Assembly (NCBI GenBank): GCA_965112635.1
Contig: OZ218778.1
Coordinates: 2,240,001 to 2,304,000, forward strand
Source of the DNA: an uncultured bacterium
Lineage (GTDB): Bacteria > Oederibacteriota > Oederibacteriia > Oederibacteriales > Oederibacteriaceae
Length of the DNA stretch: 64,000 nucleotides
Direction of reading: 5' to 3'
Notes under the pieces: model-generated
Told to the model about the DNA's origin: nothing
Database searches by the model: none
The model's input: the letters and a program-made list of their open reading frames with translations, nothing else
Shown here: positions 50,143 through 60,241 of the stretch, in pieces
Layout: each line of letters opens with the position of its first letter
Position numbering within the stretch: position 1 is the stretch's first letter
Position numbers and translations under genes: made by a program

Positions 50143-50217
50143 TGGTCGGGGCGACCCGAATTGAACGGGCGACCCCTCGCACCCCAAGCGAGTGCGCTAC
50201 CACTGCGCCACGCCCCG
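50143..50217 (-). tRNA. tRNA-Pro(GGG)
   Basis: CGGGGCG acceptor stem, CTCGC-TTGGGGT-GCGAG anticodon arm, encoded CCA. Confidence 0.95.
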
Positions 50218-50336
50218 ATCGATTGAAAACATTTTGAATTTAACATACGAGATTTATTTAAACAATAATAATTTGGCATTTATCCAAGGTAATAGCAACA
50301 TGTTTTAGGGAATATATCGCTATGTGCCGTGGCCTT

Positions 50337-51041
50337 TTAACCGCCCAGGTAGGATTTCTGTATTATCTTGTTCTTTAACAGTTTTTTTGCCGTATCTTCA
50401 TGAACAATCCGCCCTGTTTCTAGAACATATCCCCGATTCGCGATAGAAAGAGCCATTTGGGCGTTCTGTTCAACAAGCAAAATGGAAGCCCCTTTTCTGT
50501 GAAAGTCTTTGATGGTATCAAAAATGATTTGAACGTATTTCGGGGCCAAACCGAGCGAAGGTTCATCGAACAAAAGAAGTTTAGGGTCGGACATGATCGC
50601 TCTTCCCATAGCCAGCATCTGCTGTTCGCCCCCTGAGAGAGTGCCTCCCTTTTGGCGCAGTCTTCCCTTGAGTATTGGGAACAAATCAAAAACTTTATCC
50701 AAGTCGCGCCTGATCCCCTGCGCATTTTTCCTGACAAAACAACCCAGTTCGAGGTTTTCCATAACCGTAAGATCAGAGAATATCTGTCTGCCTTCTGGGC
50801 ACTGCGAAATCCCGATCTTTACTATTTCTTCGGGAGGCAAGGAACTGATCGCCCTGCCTCCAAAATAAATATTCCCGGATGAAAGTTTGATCAAACCGGA
50901 GATGGCCATGAGCGTTGTTGTCTTACCCGCTCCATTTGCGCCGATCAAAGTTACGATCTCATTCTCTTTTACTTCCAGCGAGATGCCTTTTAGAGCAGGA
51001 ATGTTTCCATAAAACGAATAAACCTGGTCAAGTTTAAGCAG
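50337..51041 (-). CDS. livF: Branched-chain amino acid ABC transporter ATP-binding protein LivF (probable CTG start)
   Basis: GANGAGKTT, PEGRQIF, LSGGEQQMLA, DEPSLGLAP, LLVEQN, YLGG. Confidence 0.92.
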   Translation of the reverse strand: MLKLDQVYSFYGNIPALKGISLEVKENEIVTLIGANGAGKTTTLMAISGLIKLSSGNIYFGGRAISSLPPEEIVKIGISQCPEGRQIFSDLTVMENLELGCFVRKNAQGIRRDLDKVFDLFPILKGRLRQKGGTLSGGEQQMLAMGRAIMSDPKLLLFDEPSLGLAPKYVQIIFDTIKDFHRKGASILLVEQNAQMALSIANRGYVLETGRIVHEDTAKKLLKNKIIQKSYLGG

Positions 51042-51819
51042 CTTGCGTCCCTTTCCCCAAATAGGCTTCCAATACGCGGCGATCTCTTTGTATCTTTTGC
51101 GGATCACCATCCGCAATCTTTTCACCGTGGTCTAACACTATGACCTGGTCTGAAATACCCATGACCATTTTCATATTATGTTCAATGATGATGAAAGTAA
51201 GATTTTTATCTTTGATGAACTTGATGACATTCATCATTTCTTTGATTTCACTCGGATTCATTCCTGCCACCGGTTCATCCAACAAAAGGATTGACGGTTC
51301 TGTGGCAAAGGCCCTGGCCAATTCTAATTTTTTTTGGTGGCCATAGGATATGTTGCAGGCCAGTTCGTACGCCACGTCATCTAGGTTAAAAAGTTTTAAG
51401 ATACCCATGGACTGATCGACGATTAAACTTTCATGTTTAAGATGATCCTTTATGGCTGCTAAATGGAGGTAGTGAAAATCGATCATTCTGTGTTTTCCCA
51501 CCAGTACATTCTCTAGAACAGTCATATTCGCAAAAAGTCTAATATTCTGGAATGTCCTCGCCAATCCTTTATTAATGATCTTGTAAGGTCTCAGCTTAGT
51601 GATATCACGACTACCTTCTCCGAAAAAAATGGCCCCAGAGCTCGGCTTGTAAAGACCCGTAATGCAATTGAACAGAGTCGTTTTACCTGAGCCGTTTGGT
51701 CCAATCAAACTGGCAATAGCCCCTTTTTTGACGGAAAAACTTATATCTTTCAGTGCCGAGAGTCCGCCAAATTGTTTACTGAGTCCCTTAACCTCTAAAA
51801 TCAGATCATTTTTGTGCAT
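51034..51819 (-). CDS. livG: Branched-chain amino acid ABC transporter ATP-binding protein LivG
   Basis: FGGL.AL, GPNGSGKTT, ARTFQN.RLF, LELARA, DEP.AGMN, IEHNM, VLEAYLG. Confidence 0.92.
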   Translation of the reverse strand: MHKNDLILEVKGLSKQFGGLSALKDISFSVKKGAIASLIGPNGSGKTTLFNCITGLYKPSSGAIFFGEGSRDITKLRPYKIINKGLARTFQNIRLFANMTVLENVLVGKHRMIDFHYLHLAAIKDHLKHESLIVDQSMGILKLFNLDDVAYELACNISYGHQKKLELARAFATEPSILLLDEPVAGMNPSEIKEMMNVIKFIKDKNLTFIIIEHNMKMVMGISDQVIVLDHGEKIADGDPQKIQRDRRVLEAYLGKGTQAA

Positions 51820-51834
51820 AATCGTTATTTTTCC

Positions 51835-51867
51835 AAAAAAAAACCTCTGAAGCACAGAGGTTTTTTT
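51835..51867. terminator. Bidirectional rho-independent terminator downstream of the Crp-family gene
   Basis: A-run-CCTCTG-AAGCA-CAGAGG-T-run. Confidence 0.75.
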
Positions 51868-51891
51868 AATTTTTTGAATTTTTCTGGGAAA

Positions 51892-52545
51892 TCAGGCGCC
51901 GAATTCTTCCATCATCTGTAAGAAGTTAATGTATTTTTCAAGGCTTTCTAAACTAACAATAATAATTTGATTATCAACAAGTTTTATTACCTTGGCTTTG
52001 AGCATTTTTTCTATTACTTCTTGAACTTTATCCTGGCTCAAACCTACCTGGTTAGCCAGTTCTGTCGGCCCCAAAGCAAAATCCATCTTTATGCCATTAT
52101 CACAAGGCACGCCGTGTTTGTGGGCGAGGTTAAAAAGAGAATTAGCAACACGGCTGTTGCTGTCTTTTAGCAAAAGATTTTCGATTTGCTTGTCAGCCTC
52201 CCTCAAACGCGAACTCATCTTTTTTAAGATCTTTTTCACGATCAAAGGATTGGTCTGCATGTGAAGCTCAAAAACCTTTTCATCCAGCGCCACTAACTTC
52301 GCCGATTCCAAAGCTATGGCCGTAGCAGAGCGCGGAGCCTTATCGATAACAGCCATCTCACCAAAAAAATCGCCCTCTTGTAAAATTGCCAATGTTTTTT
52401 CCACATCTTTCATGCGTTTTACAATTTTAACTTTACCCTTCTGGATGATGAACATTTTATCGCCAATTTCACCTTCTTTAAAAATAACCTCCCCGTCTGT
52501 AAAAACCTTAGAATTTTTTTCCAAAATCTCTTGCTCTGTCGGCAT
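51892..52545 (-). CDS. Crp/Fnr family transcriptional regulator
   Basis: IFKEGE.GDKMFII..GKV, GDFFGEMA...PRSATA, C-terminal HTH. Confidence 0.9.
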   Translation of the reverse strand: MPTEQEILEKNSKVFTDGEVIFKEGEIGDKMFIIQKGKVKIVKRMKDVEKTLAILQEGDFFGEMAVIDKAPRSATAIALESAKLVALDEKVFELHMQTNPLIVKKILKKMSSRLREADKQIENLLLKDSNSRVANSLFNLAHKHGVPCDNGIKMDFALGPTELANQVGLSQDKVQEVIEKMLKAKVIKLVDNQIIIVSLESLEKYINFLQMMEEFGA

Positions 52546-52595
52546 ATAGCCCCCCGATCCTTTAATTAATATTTCTGAACAAATTAGCTTCCAAA

Positions 52596-52624
52596 AAAAT
52601 ATCAGAAATCAACTAAGCTGTCAA
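52596..52624 (-). promoter_or_regulatory. Putative sigma70 promoter of the Crp-family gene
   Basis: TTGACA-N17-TATTTT on the minus strand. Confidence 0.4.
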
Positions 52625-52697
52625 CTTTCACACTCAGGAGTAAATAATTACGTAAAAATTAGAAACAAATCTTTTATTGGCAACCAGAAGAGAATGA

Positions 52698-53717
52698 CTA
52701 CCACTTAAAGGTCAAATCAAAACGGTGAGTATTTCCCAATTCCCCTAAAGGCTCGAATCCATAATCGAATTCAAAGTTCATGAAAGCCGATCCTAAACCG
52801 GCTGTAATACCATTGTTGGTTTCAAAATCATTCTGCCCAAACTGGTATTTATATCCAAGTCTTCCTATGATATTGATTGATTTGTAATAGGAAGAATATT
52901 CTAAACCGAAATTAAGTTGCCCGGTGTTGTCGTTGGGCTGGATAAAGTCAGCAACAAAAACTACATTCTTATCAGGCACTTTCATGGCGCTGCCTAGCCT
53001 GAATTGTAAGGGCAGCGAAAAACCATTCTGATCTAGCTTCAAAGAAGTGCCAATATTTTGTACCGCCATACCAACAGACAGGTTGCGCACGCCTGTATTG
53101 GTACATAAAACTCCGAGGTCGCTGCCAAATGCCAAGGCGCTCTTGTCGGCCAGGCTTTCATTAATCACTTTCACCGATAAACCACCTTGCCAACCAGGAA
53201 AAACTCTCAAAGCATAACCAAGTGTAATAAGCATGTCAGAAGCGGAAAAAGTTTGTCCTGTGTTGTCAATAAAATATGCTTGATTGGCAACGCCTGAGCC
53301 TGGGCTTGTTTCAGGTTGCTGGGTGATATCGACGGTGGTTTGACTGATGGAAGAGGTGCTTAGGAACAAAACGCTTGCTCCTATGGCACCAATATTGGCA
53401 ATGGATGGTATCGCCAAAACCCCATATTCAATATTGATATCTTGAAACCACATGGAATGCTCAAGGGTCATTTGGCTTTGTTTGAGGGTAACCAACCCCG
53501 CGGGATTCCAGTATAATGCGGTAGCGTCATCAGCAAGACCAGTAAATGCCTCGCCCATTCCTACTGCCCTTGCTCCCTCGCCGATTTTAAGAAAAGAAGC
53601 AGCAGTACCCCCGATGGGTTCTGCATTAACAATAGGCAAAAAAAGAAAACAGAACACCAGCATAAAAACTACAAAGAAAATACTTAGGGATAGGCACACA
53701 AATTTGAATTGGGTCAT
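52698..53717 (-). CDS. PorV/PorQ family outer-membrane beta-barrel
   Basis: FLKIG.GARAVGMGEAF...ADDA.A.YWNPAGL, QN.G, LP...RLG, DY.F...GELG.THR..L..KW. Confidence 0.85.
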   Translation of the reverse strand: MTQFKFVCLSLSIFFVVFMLVFCFLFLPIVNAEPIGGTAASFLKIGEGARAVGMGEAFTGLADDATALYWNPAGLVTLKQSQMTLEHSMWFQDINIEYGVLAIPSIANIGAIGASVLFLSTSSISQTTVDITQQPETSPGSGVANQAYFIDNTGQTFSASDMLITLGYALRVFPGWQGGLSVKVINESLADKSALAFGSDLGVLCTNTGVRNLSVGMAVQNIGTSLKLDQNGFSLPLQFRLGSAMKVPDKNVVFVADFIQPNDNTGQLNFGLEYSSYYKSINIIGRLGYKYQFGQNDFETNNGITAGLGSAFMNFEFDYGFEPLGELGNTHRFDLTFKW

Positions 53718-53776
53718 ATCTTTTGTTTACAACTCCCCTAAATTCAAACCTTTTTTACGAAAAAATTTCTTAACTA

Positions 53777-53804
53777 ATTTTAACACCTTAAAAAAGAATG
53801 TCAA
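53777..53804 (-). promoter_or_regulatory. Putative sigma70 promoter of the PorV/PorQ gene
   Basis: TTGACA-N16-TAAAAT with extended TG on the minus strand. Confidence 0.5.
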
Positions 53805-53862
53805 ATATGTTCGGGACTAGCCAATTTAGGGGCTTAAATACGGCAAATAATAGGTATTAGGG

Positions 53863-54492
53863 CTATTTAATAATGGCCCTTTCAATAGTCTCAAGGATTG
53901 TTTTGGCTAAACTTTCGCATTCTCGCAACGTTTCCTCATATTGGTTGCGCACCTCATGTTTAAATATATCATCTTTGATGTATTTCAAATTTGTCTCAAT
54001 ATTTAAAGCGGCCCCTTGAAAAGCAGCCTGCAAAAAAATAACCCCAACCCCAATATCGCTAATAAGGGCCGAATTACCTTTTTCGCAAAGGATCACAGCT
54101 TTTTTAATAACAGCGTGACAATGCGTTGTTATCTCTAAAGGAATCTCTGCTGCACTTTTTAAGGCCTTCTGAATCTCCAAAGTTCTATATTTTTTCTCTT
54201 CTTCAGTATTTTTGGGTAATTTAAACGTGTTATTTAGCATTCCATAGACTTCAGCATCTTTTTCGGTCAATTTTTGAAGTAATCCACGCCTTCTTTCCAA
54301 TTCTGCAAGAAGGCCTTTCATCTCCATTTCGTGTTTATTCAAATCTTCCTTAGCTAAAGTATAATGCGTTACCATACTTAGCAACGCACAACCCAATGCG
54401 CCAACTAACGCCGAGGCGCTGCCACCGCCTGGAGTTGGCGCATGACTAGCTAAACGTTCCAAATAATTCTCTAAAGTATTTTCAAGGAACAT
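53863..54492 (-). CDS. Cyclodeaminase/cyclohydrolase family protein (FTCD C-terminal / FchA-like)
   Basis: LAS..PTPGGGSASA, D...Y, LPK.TEEEK..R, GN...ISD.GV, LNI..NL. Confidence 0.9.
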   Translation of the reverse strand: MFLENTLENYLERLASHAPTPGGGSASALVGALGCALLSMVTHYTLAKEDLNKHEMEMKGLLAELERRRGLLQKLTEKDAEVYGMLNNTFKLPKNTEEEKKYRTLEIQKALKSAAEIPLEITTHCHAVIKKAVILCEKGNSALISDIGVGVIFLQAAFQGAALNIETNLKYIKDDIFKHEVRNQYEETLRECESLAKTILETIERAIIK

Positions 54493-54572
54493 TTTATTCC
54501 CCCGCAAATTGAATGCTCAGATTATGATTCTACATCAAAAAATTACAATCAAAAACAATAAATACTCGGCTT

Positions 54573-57425
54573 TTAATTCTTTAACATCGAAGCTATTAAT
54601 TTTACTCCCTCTTCCAGTACTGGTTTTAAATATGAACCCGTATAAGACTTTTTAACTTTGACAATATCTTCCGGAGTTCCTTCGGCAATAATTTCGCCAC
54701 CTTCTTCCCCGCCCTCCGGTCCTAGGTCGACCAAATAATCTGCTGTTTTGATAACATCTAAGTTATGTTCAATAACTAAAACAGTATTCCCTGAATCCAC
54801 AAGGCGAAACAAAACCTGGAGAAGCCTATCAATATCAGCAAAATGCAAGCCTGTTGTCGGCTCATCCAAAATATAAAACGTCCGCCCAGTACTTTTCCGA
54901 CAAAGTTCTGAGGACAACTTGACTCTTTGAGCCTCGCCCCCAGAAAGAGTAGTCGCAGGTTGACCCAACTTTATATATCCTAATCCCGTCTCTTGTAATG
55001 TTGATAGGACCTTGCTTATGCTGGGGATAGATCTAAAAAATTCAAACGCCTCAGAAACCGTCATATTTAAAACATCCGCTATGGATTTGTCCTTATATCT
55101 TATTTCTAGAGTTTCATGGTTATAGCGTTTTCCCTTGCAAACCTCACAGGGTACATACACATCAGGTAAAAAGTGCATTTCAATCCGCAGAATTCCATCA
55201 CCTTCGCAGGCTTCACATCTTCCTCCTGACACATTAAAGCTAAATCGTCCTGGCTTATAGCCCCTTTGTTTTGATTCAGGCAACATACTGAACAAGCTCC
55301 TTATGTCATCAAAAACTCCGGTGTAGGTAACAGGATTGGAACGTGGCGTCCTGCCAATGGGAGATTGGTCTATGTTAATGACCTTGTCCAAATTCTCATG
55401 ACCTAGGATTTTTTCGTATTTTGCGGGCTTACTTTTAACTTTATAGATCTCTCGAATTAGACCCGGCCCCAATGTTTCAGTAACAAGGCTGCTCTTTCCC
55501 GAACCAGATACACCGGTCACGCAAGTGAAAGTACCTAACGGGATTTTTACGTTTATACTTTTTAAATTATTTTCCGAGGCCCCTCGAATTTCTAAATATT
55601 TTCCGTTACCCTTTCGCCTTGGCCTCGGGACGGGTATGAAACTATCTCTCCTAAGATATTTTCCCGAAATGGATTGGTCGCAAGCCAGAATTTCGGAGTA
55701 ATTCCCAGCCACCACCACATTGCCACCCATTTGCCCAGCTGAAGGACCCATATCCACAATAAAATCGGCAGATTTAATTGTTGCCTCATCATGCTCTACG
55801 ACTAAAACCGTATTCCCAATATCACGTAGATGGTGCAGTGTTTTTAAAAGACGCTCGTTATCTCTTTGGTGAAGACCGATACTGGGCTCATCAAGGATAT
55901 ACAAAACACCCATCAAGCCGGAGCCGATCTGAGTAGCTAAATGGATGCGTGCCGACTCGCCCCCAGCTAGAGTTTCAGCCGGCCTAGATAAGGTTAAATA
56001 ATCCAAACCAACATTAGAAAGAAAAAGCAGCCGCTCCCTAATCTCTTTTAGAATTTGTTTTGCAATTTGCGTTTCCCTATTCGTTAGTTTTAGGTTGTCA
56101 AAAAAATTGAGCGCCCTCTTAATCGATAAATCAGTTAACTGGATAATGGATAAGCCGCTCACGGTCACTGCTAAGCTTTCTTGTTTTAACCTCAATCCCT
56201 TACAACTTGGGCATGGAAGCTCCTGCATAAACCGGCTTATTTCTTCACGAATATAATTTGATTGCGTTTCTCGATACCTTCTTTCCAGATTCTTAACAAC
56301 GCCTTCAAAGCGCATGGAATATTCATGAGCCTTGTCCTGTTTCTGAAAACGTATCTCGACCTTTTCACTTCCGGTACCGTAAAGAATAATATTTTGAAAT
56401 TCTTCTTTAAGGCTCCCAAACGGGATATCCAAGCGAAAATGATAATGGGCAGCCAGCCCCTGAATCAGCTGTTGGTAGTAATAGGCAGTAGGGCTGTTCC
56501 ACGGAAGGATGGCCCCTTCCTTTAAAGAGCGCTTGAAATCTACTACTAAGGACGGATTAATTTCCATTTTCACACCCAAACCACTGCAGTCCGGGCAGGC
56601 CCCATAAGGATTATTGAAGGAGAACATGCGGGGACTTAATTCCTCAAAGCTAGTACCGCAATATAAGCAAGCAAAATGCTCTGAAAAACTAGTTTGTTTC
56701 CCATCAATTTCCACCGTAACAATACCTTCGGACAACTTCAAGGCTGTCTCAACCGAATCAGCCAACCGCTTCCTTTCGCTAGGTTTGACAACAAGACGGT
56801 CCACTACCACTTCAATTTGGTGTTTTTTATTTTTATCAAGCGAAATTTTTCCAGAAAGATCAAACAGTTTACCGTCTACTCTAACGCGAACAAATCCCAT
56901 GTGCCTTGCTTTTTCAAATAGATGGCGGTACTCACCTTTACGACCTCGGACAAGCGGAGAAAGGATATGTATTTTGCTTGAAATGGGCTGGAATAAGATT
57001 TGATCAACAATTTGATCTACATTTTGTGTCTTTATTTCACGGCCACATTTGGGACAATGCGGAATTCCAATGCGCGCATACAGCAGCCTTAAATAATCGA
57101 AAATTTCAGTAATTGTGCCCACTGTTGAGCGGGGATTGTGACTTCCGGATTTTTGTTCAATGGCAATGGCCGGAGAAAGCCCTTCGATTGAATCTACATC
57201 AGGTTTGTCCATCTGCCCCAAAAACTGCCTAGCATAAGCTGAAAGAGACTCTACGTACCGCCTCTGGCCTTCAGCGTAGATGGTGTCAAAGGCCAAAGTA
57301 GATTTACCAGAACCAGAAATGCCGGTTATAACTACAAATTTATTACGAGGCAAAGAAACCGTGATGTTCTTTAAATTATGTTCTCTTGCGCCTTTAACAA
57401 CAATATAATCTTGCACACAAACCAC
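54573..57425 (-). CDS. uvrA: Excinuclease ABC subunit A
   Basis: [30 protein letters not shown], zinc fingers, second ABC domain, [18 protein letters not shown]. Confidence 0.98.
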   Translation of the reverse strand: MVCVQDYIVVKGAREHNLKNITVSLPRNKFVVITGISGSGKSTLAFDTIYAEGQRRYVESLSAYARQFLGQMDKPDVDSIEGLSPAIAIEQKSGSHNPRSTVGTITEIFDYLRLLYARIGIPHCPKCGREIKTQNVDQIVDQILFQPISSKIHILSPLVRGRKGEYRHLFEKARHMGFVRVRVDGKLFDLSGKISLDKNKKHQIEVVVDRLVVKPSERKRLADSVETALKLSEGIVTVEIDGKQTSFSEHFACLYCGTSFEELSPRMFSFNNPYGACPDCSGLGVKMEINPSLVVDFKRSLKEGAILPWNSPTAYYYQQLIQGLAAHYHFRLDIPFGSLKEEFQNIILYGTGSEKVEIRFQKQDKAHEYSMRFEGVVKNLERRYRETQSNYIREEISRFMQELPCPSCKGLRLKQESLAVTVSGLSIIQLTDLSIKRALNFFDNLKLTNRETQIAKQILKEIRERLLFLSNVGLDYLTLSRPAETLAGGESARIHLATQIGSGLMGVLYILDEPSIGLHQRDNERLLKTLHHLRDIGNTVLVVEHDEATIKSADFIVDMGPSAGQMGGNVVVAGNYSEILACDQSISGKYLRRDSFIPVPRPRRKGNGKYLEIRGASENNLKSINVKIPLGTFTCVTGVSGSGKSSLVTETLGPGLIREIYKVKSKPAKYEKILGHENLDKVINIDQSPIGRTPRSNPVTYTGVFDDIRSLFSMLPESKQRGYKPGRFSFNVSGGRCEACEGDGILRIEMHFLPDVYVPCEVCKGKRYNHETLEIRYKDKSIADVLNMTVSEAFEFFRSIPSISKVLSTLQETGLGYIKLGQPATTLSGGEAQRVKLSSELCRKSTGRTFYILDEPTTGLHFADIDRLLQVLFRLVDSGNTVLVIEHNLDVIKTADYLVDLGPEGGEEGGEIIAEGTPEDIVKVKKSYTGSYLKPVLEEGVKLIASMLKN

Positions 57426-57432
57426 CTTACTT

Positions 57433-58128
57433 TTATTTGCTCAAAGGTTGATTTTTCCTGATTTTTCTGACCAGCAGATTCTGAGCATGTTCTATGGCAG
57501 TATTTTTGATTGATAAATCCTTAGTATTCTCTATTACCCAACCCCAATGCAAATAGGCCTCTTGCCATTTATGCTCTTTTTCAAGAATAAAGCCAAGCAT
57601 GCGTTCTAAGATTGGTGGATGGTCAGGCCAACGGACAATATCTTCTAAAATGGGAATCAATTTTTTGAGTTCATGGGTCTTTTGGAAAGCTAAAGCAGCC
57701 AGTAAAAGCGCCAATCGATTTGCCGATGGATTTTCCCGAAGCCCCTCTTCCATCAATGCGACGCCCTCAGGAATCCGGTTGAGATTCCATACTAATACGG
57801 CTCCGCCATTAATATAGGCATAGACGAAATGCGGGTCCATCGCAGTGATCATGACCAATTTGGAATAATATTGCCTGTACCCTTCCTTCCGGTTTGATAA
57901 ATCACCATAGTACTGTAATAAGTCCAACCATAACATATCAGCGACAAACCGCCTAACCCCCACAGTGACTGCCGTAATAATTATGGGCGATTTTTGCTGT
58001 TTGGAGGACCAAAAGGTAGACCGTAGAAATAGCGATGATGTGCTTTTATTTAGATGTACTTCCAAGCCTAAGATAGTGATCAGAAATAGAATCAAAATCA
58101 ATGCCTGATTTCTTTTTGATAAAAGCAA
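57433..58128 (-). CDS. Exported TPR-like protein (PilG-like partner of PilH/PilI-type ABC system)
   Basis: N-terminal TM helix; ADMLWL..LQY.G, DP.F..AY..G motif; operonic with ABC ATPase and permease. Confidence 0.55.
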   Translation of the reverse strand: MLLSKRNQALILILFLITILGLEVHLNKSTSSLFLRSTFWSSKQQKSPIIITAVTVGVRRFVADMLWLDLLQYYGDLSNRKEGYRQYYSKLVMITAMDPHFVYAYINGGAVLVWNLNRIPEGVALMEEGLRENPSANRLALLLAALAFQKTHELKKLIPILEDIVRWPDHPPILERMLGFILEKEHKWQEAYLHWGWVIENTKDLSIKNTAIEHAQNLLVRKIRKNQPLSK

Positions 58129-58899
58129 TTAGAAATCCCTCTTTTTGAAAGCCAGGTAGGATAAAAATAATAAAAAAGAACTATAGACAAACCCATAAGC
58201 TACAACTTCAAACGCATAGGGTAAGGAAACAAAATATTGAGTTTCAGCAATGCGGTCTTTTAGGTTGAAGTAACTTAAATTGGGCAAAAAGTAATAACAT
58301 GTTTTTAATATTACCCTAACTCCCGGATCTTTGATTTGCTGGGAGAACGCATAGATTTGGTGGCTCCCTTGACCCAAAACATACACAAATAGCGTAAAAA
58401 GAACGCTGGTTGGTAAAGAAGTAGTAAAGATGCAGAAAAATATCGCCACGCTGCTAACAACAACTAATTCAAAATAAATAAAAAGTGGGATTGATAAAAA
58501 TATTGGCGAAAAAGCCATTTGTTTTACCAACATGATAAAAAACAATGAGCAGGTTAAGTAAAAAATCACCCAAAATAAAGTCCAAATTGTACCGGCAAAC
58601 TTACCCAAAAGAAATTGTCCCCGTGAAATTGGTTTAGTCAGCTCTATAAGAGGAGTTTTGTTTTCAAGTTCCTTAAAAAAACCGAAAGAAAGGCAAAAAA
58701 TTACGGTAAATAATCCCAGTAATTCGATCAAAACAAACCCAAGGTCAATCGATGCTTTTTCATCAACACCCGGGATAAGACTTGGTAATAGCAATACACC
58801 AACTAACATGGTGATAAGGAAAACCACTAAAAGAGAATATATTTTAGCCCTCATCATCGAAAGGTGGAATAATTCGGCCATCACTGCTATTTTATGCAT
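58129..58899 (-). CDS. ABC transporter permease (PilI/ABC-2 type)
   Basis: ELENKT....LTKPISR.QFLLGKF.G; YY.LPNL.YFN; F.KRDF. Confidence 0.85.
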   Translation of the reverse strand: MHKIAVMAELFHLSMMRAKIYSLLVVFLITMLVGVLLLPSLIPGVDEKASIDLGFVLIELLGLFTVIFCLSFGFFKELENKTPLIELTKPISRGQFLLGKFAGTIWTLFWVIFYLTCSLFFIMLVKQMAFSPIFLSIPLFIYFELVVVSSVAIFFCIFTTSLPTSVLFTLFVYVLGQGSHQIYAFSQQIKDPGVRVILKTCYYFLPNLSYFNLKDRIAETQYFVSLPYAFEVVAYGFVYSSFLLFLSYLAFKKRDF

Positions 58900-59666
58900 A
58901 TTCTCTTATTCCCCAAAGAATCTGAATTCTTAGCTTTACCAATGACTTTAATAAAGTGCTGCTCTAAACTGTCTTTTTTCTTTTTAATATCTCTAATAAA
59001 AGTTTGATCAACTAATTTACCATCAGCAATTATGCCAATACGATCACAAATTTTTTCAACCTCACTTAATAAATGGGAATTAAAAATGATGGTTTTCCCT
59101 TCGTGCTTTAAATCTATGAGTATATCTCGCATCTCTTTATATCCCAAAGGATCCAAACCTGACATGGGCTCGTCAAAAAAGACAATTTCCGGGTCTTTGA
59201 TCAACGCCTGAGCTAAAGCGATACGCTGCAACATCCCCTTGGAATATTCGGAGAGTCTTCTATTAATAAATCCGGATAGATTCAACTTATCAATAAGACT
59301 TCTGATTCTTTCCTTGATGCGGCGACGGTCACCATCATACAATTTCCCGTAATAGTTCAGAGTCTCCTCCGCTGTTAGATATAAGGGCAAATATGGCAAC
59401 TCAGGGACATAACCGATTTTATTTTTCAAAGGAATTTGCTGGACATTTTGTCCTAGTACTTTAATCTCACCTTTATCGGGAAAGATCAGTCCTACTAAAA
59501 GTTTCATGGTTGTTGTTTTACCAGCCCCATTAAGGCCCAACAAACCATACACTTCCCCTGTCTGGACTTGCATGGAGAAATCCATGACACCTCTATGCGT
59601 GATTTTCTTAAAGAGATGCTTTCTTACATAACTTTTTGTGACGCCAATGGCTTCTACTGCGATCAT
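58887..59666 (-). CDS. ABC transporter ATP-binding protein (PilH-type)
   Basis: GLNGAGKTT, IGYVPE.PY, YSKGMLQR, DEPMSGLDPLG, NSHLLSEVE. Confidence 0.9.
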   Translation of the reverse strand: MIAVEAIGVTKSYVRKHLFKKITHRGVMDFSMQVQTGEVYGLLGLNGAGKTTTMKLLVGLIFPDKGEIKVLGQNVQQIPLKNKIGYVPELPYLPLYLTAEETLNYYGKLYDGDRRRIKERIRSLIDKLNLSGFINRRLSEYSKGMLQRIALAQALIKDPEIVFFDEPMSGLDPLGYKEMRDILIDLKHEGKTIIFNSHLLSEVEKICDRIGIIADGKLVDQTFIRDIKKKKDSLEQHFIKVIGKAKNSDSLGNKRICIK

Positions 59667-59848
59667 ATTGAAATTACTCCTAAACATTGGGAATACATAA
59701 AATATACGAACAAAACAGTTAGTATTATATCCAAAATGCCAATCTGCTAAAATAAATTTTTAAATTCTCTTGATTTTAACTGTTTCCAGTGGTAATTGTA
59801 TAAAGTTTTTAAAACCACATAAAAGCATAGTCTGTTTTGGAGGAGATA

Positions 59849-60241
59849 ATGAAAAAATTAGCTAAAGACAGAAAACAAATGTTAAAAAAATTACTATTAG
59901 ATCTTCGCGAAGATTTTAGTAAAAGAATTCATCATGAAATGGATACAAAAAAGAATGAGTTAAGCGATGACCGTAACCAGGCACCAATGGATTTTGGGGA
60001 TTTATCCTCAATGGAGTTTGAACAGTCAATGGAAAGCACTTTATTAAATCGTGAAACCGAAATTTGGAATCGGATCGATTTGGCCTTAGAGCGTCTTAAA
60101 CAGGGTTCATATGGAATATGCGAAAATTGCAAGAAAGAAATTTCTTTGGCAAGATTACGCGCCATGCCTTTTGTGGAATACTGTGTTTTGTGTCAGGGAA
60201 GCAAAGAAAAAACCTCTTCAACTCCTAAGAACCAACCCTAA
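59849..60241 (+). CDS. DksA/TraR family C4 zinc-finger protein
   Basis: D..D coiled-coil tip (DFGDLS), I..AL.R...GSYGICENC...I...RL.A.P....C..CQ. Confidence 0.9.
   Translation: MKKLAKDRKQMLKKLLLDLREDFSKRIHHEMDTKKNELSDDRNQAPMDFGDLSSMEFEQSMESTLLNRETEIWNRIDLALERLKQGSYGICENCKKEISLARLRAMPFVEYCVLCQGSKEKTSSTPKNQP

Noticed and set aside
49987-50217. Near-duplicate sequence as attL/attR or CRISPR-like repeats
   Set aside because: Both copies are complete tRNA-Pro genes with different anticodons (CGG, GGG)
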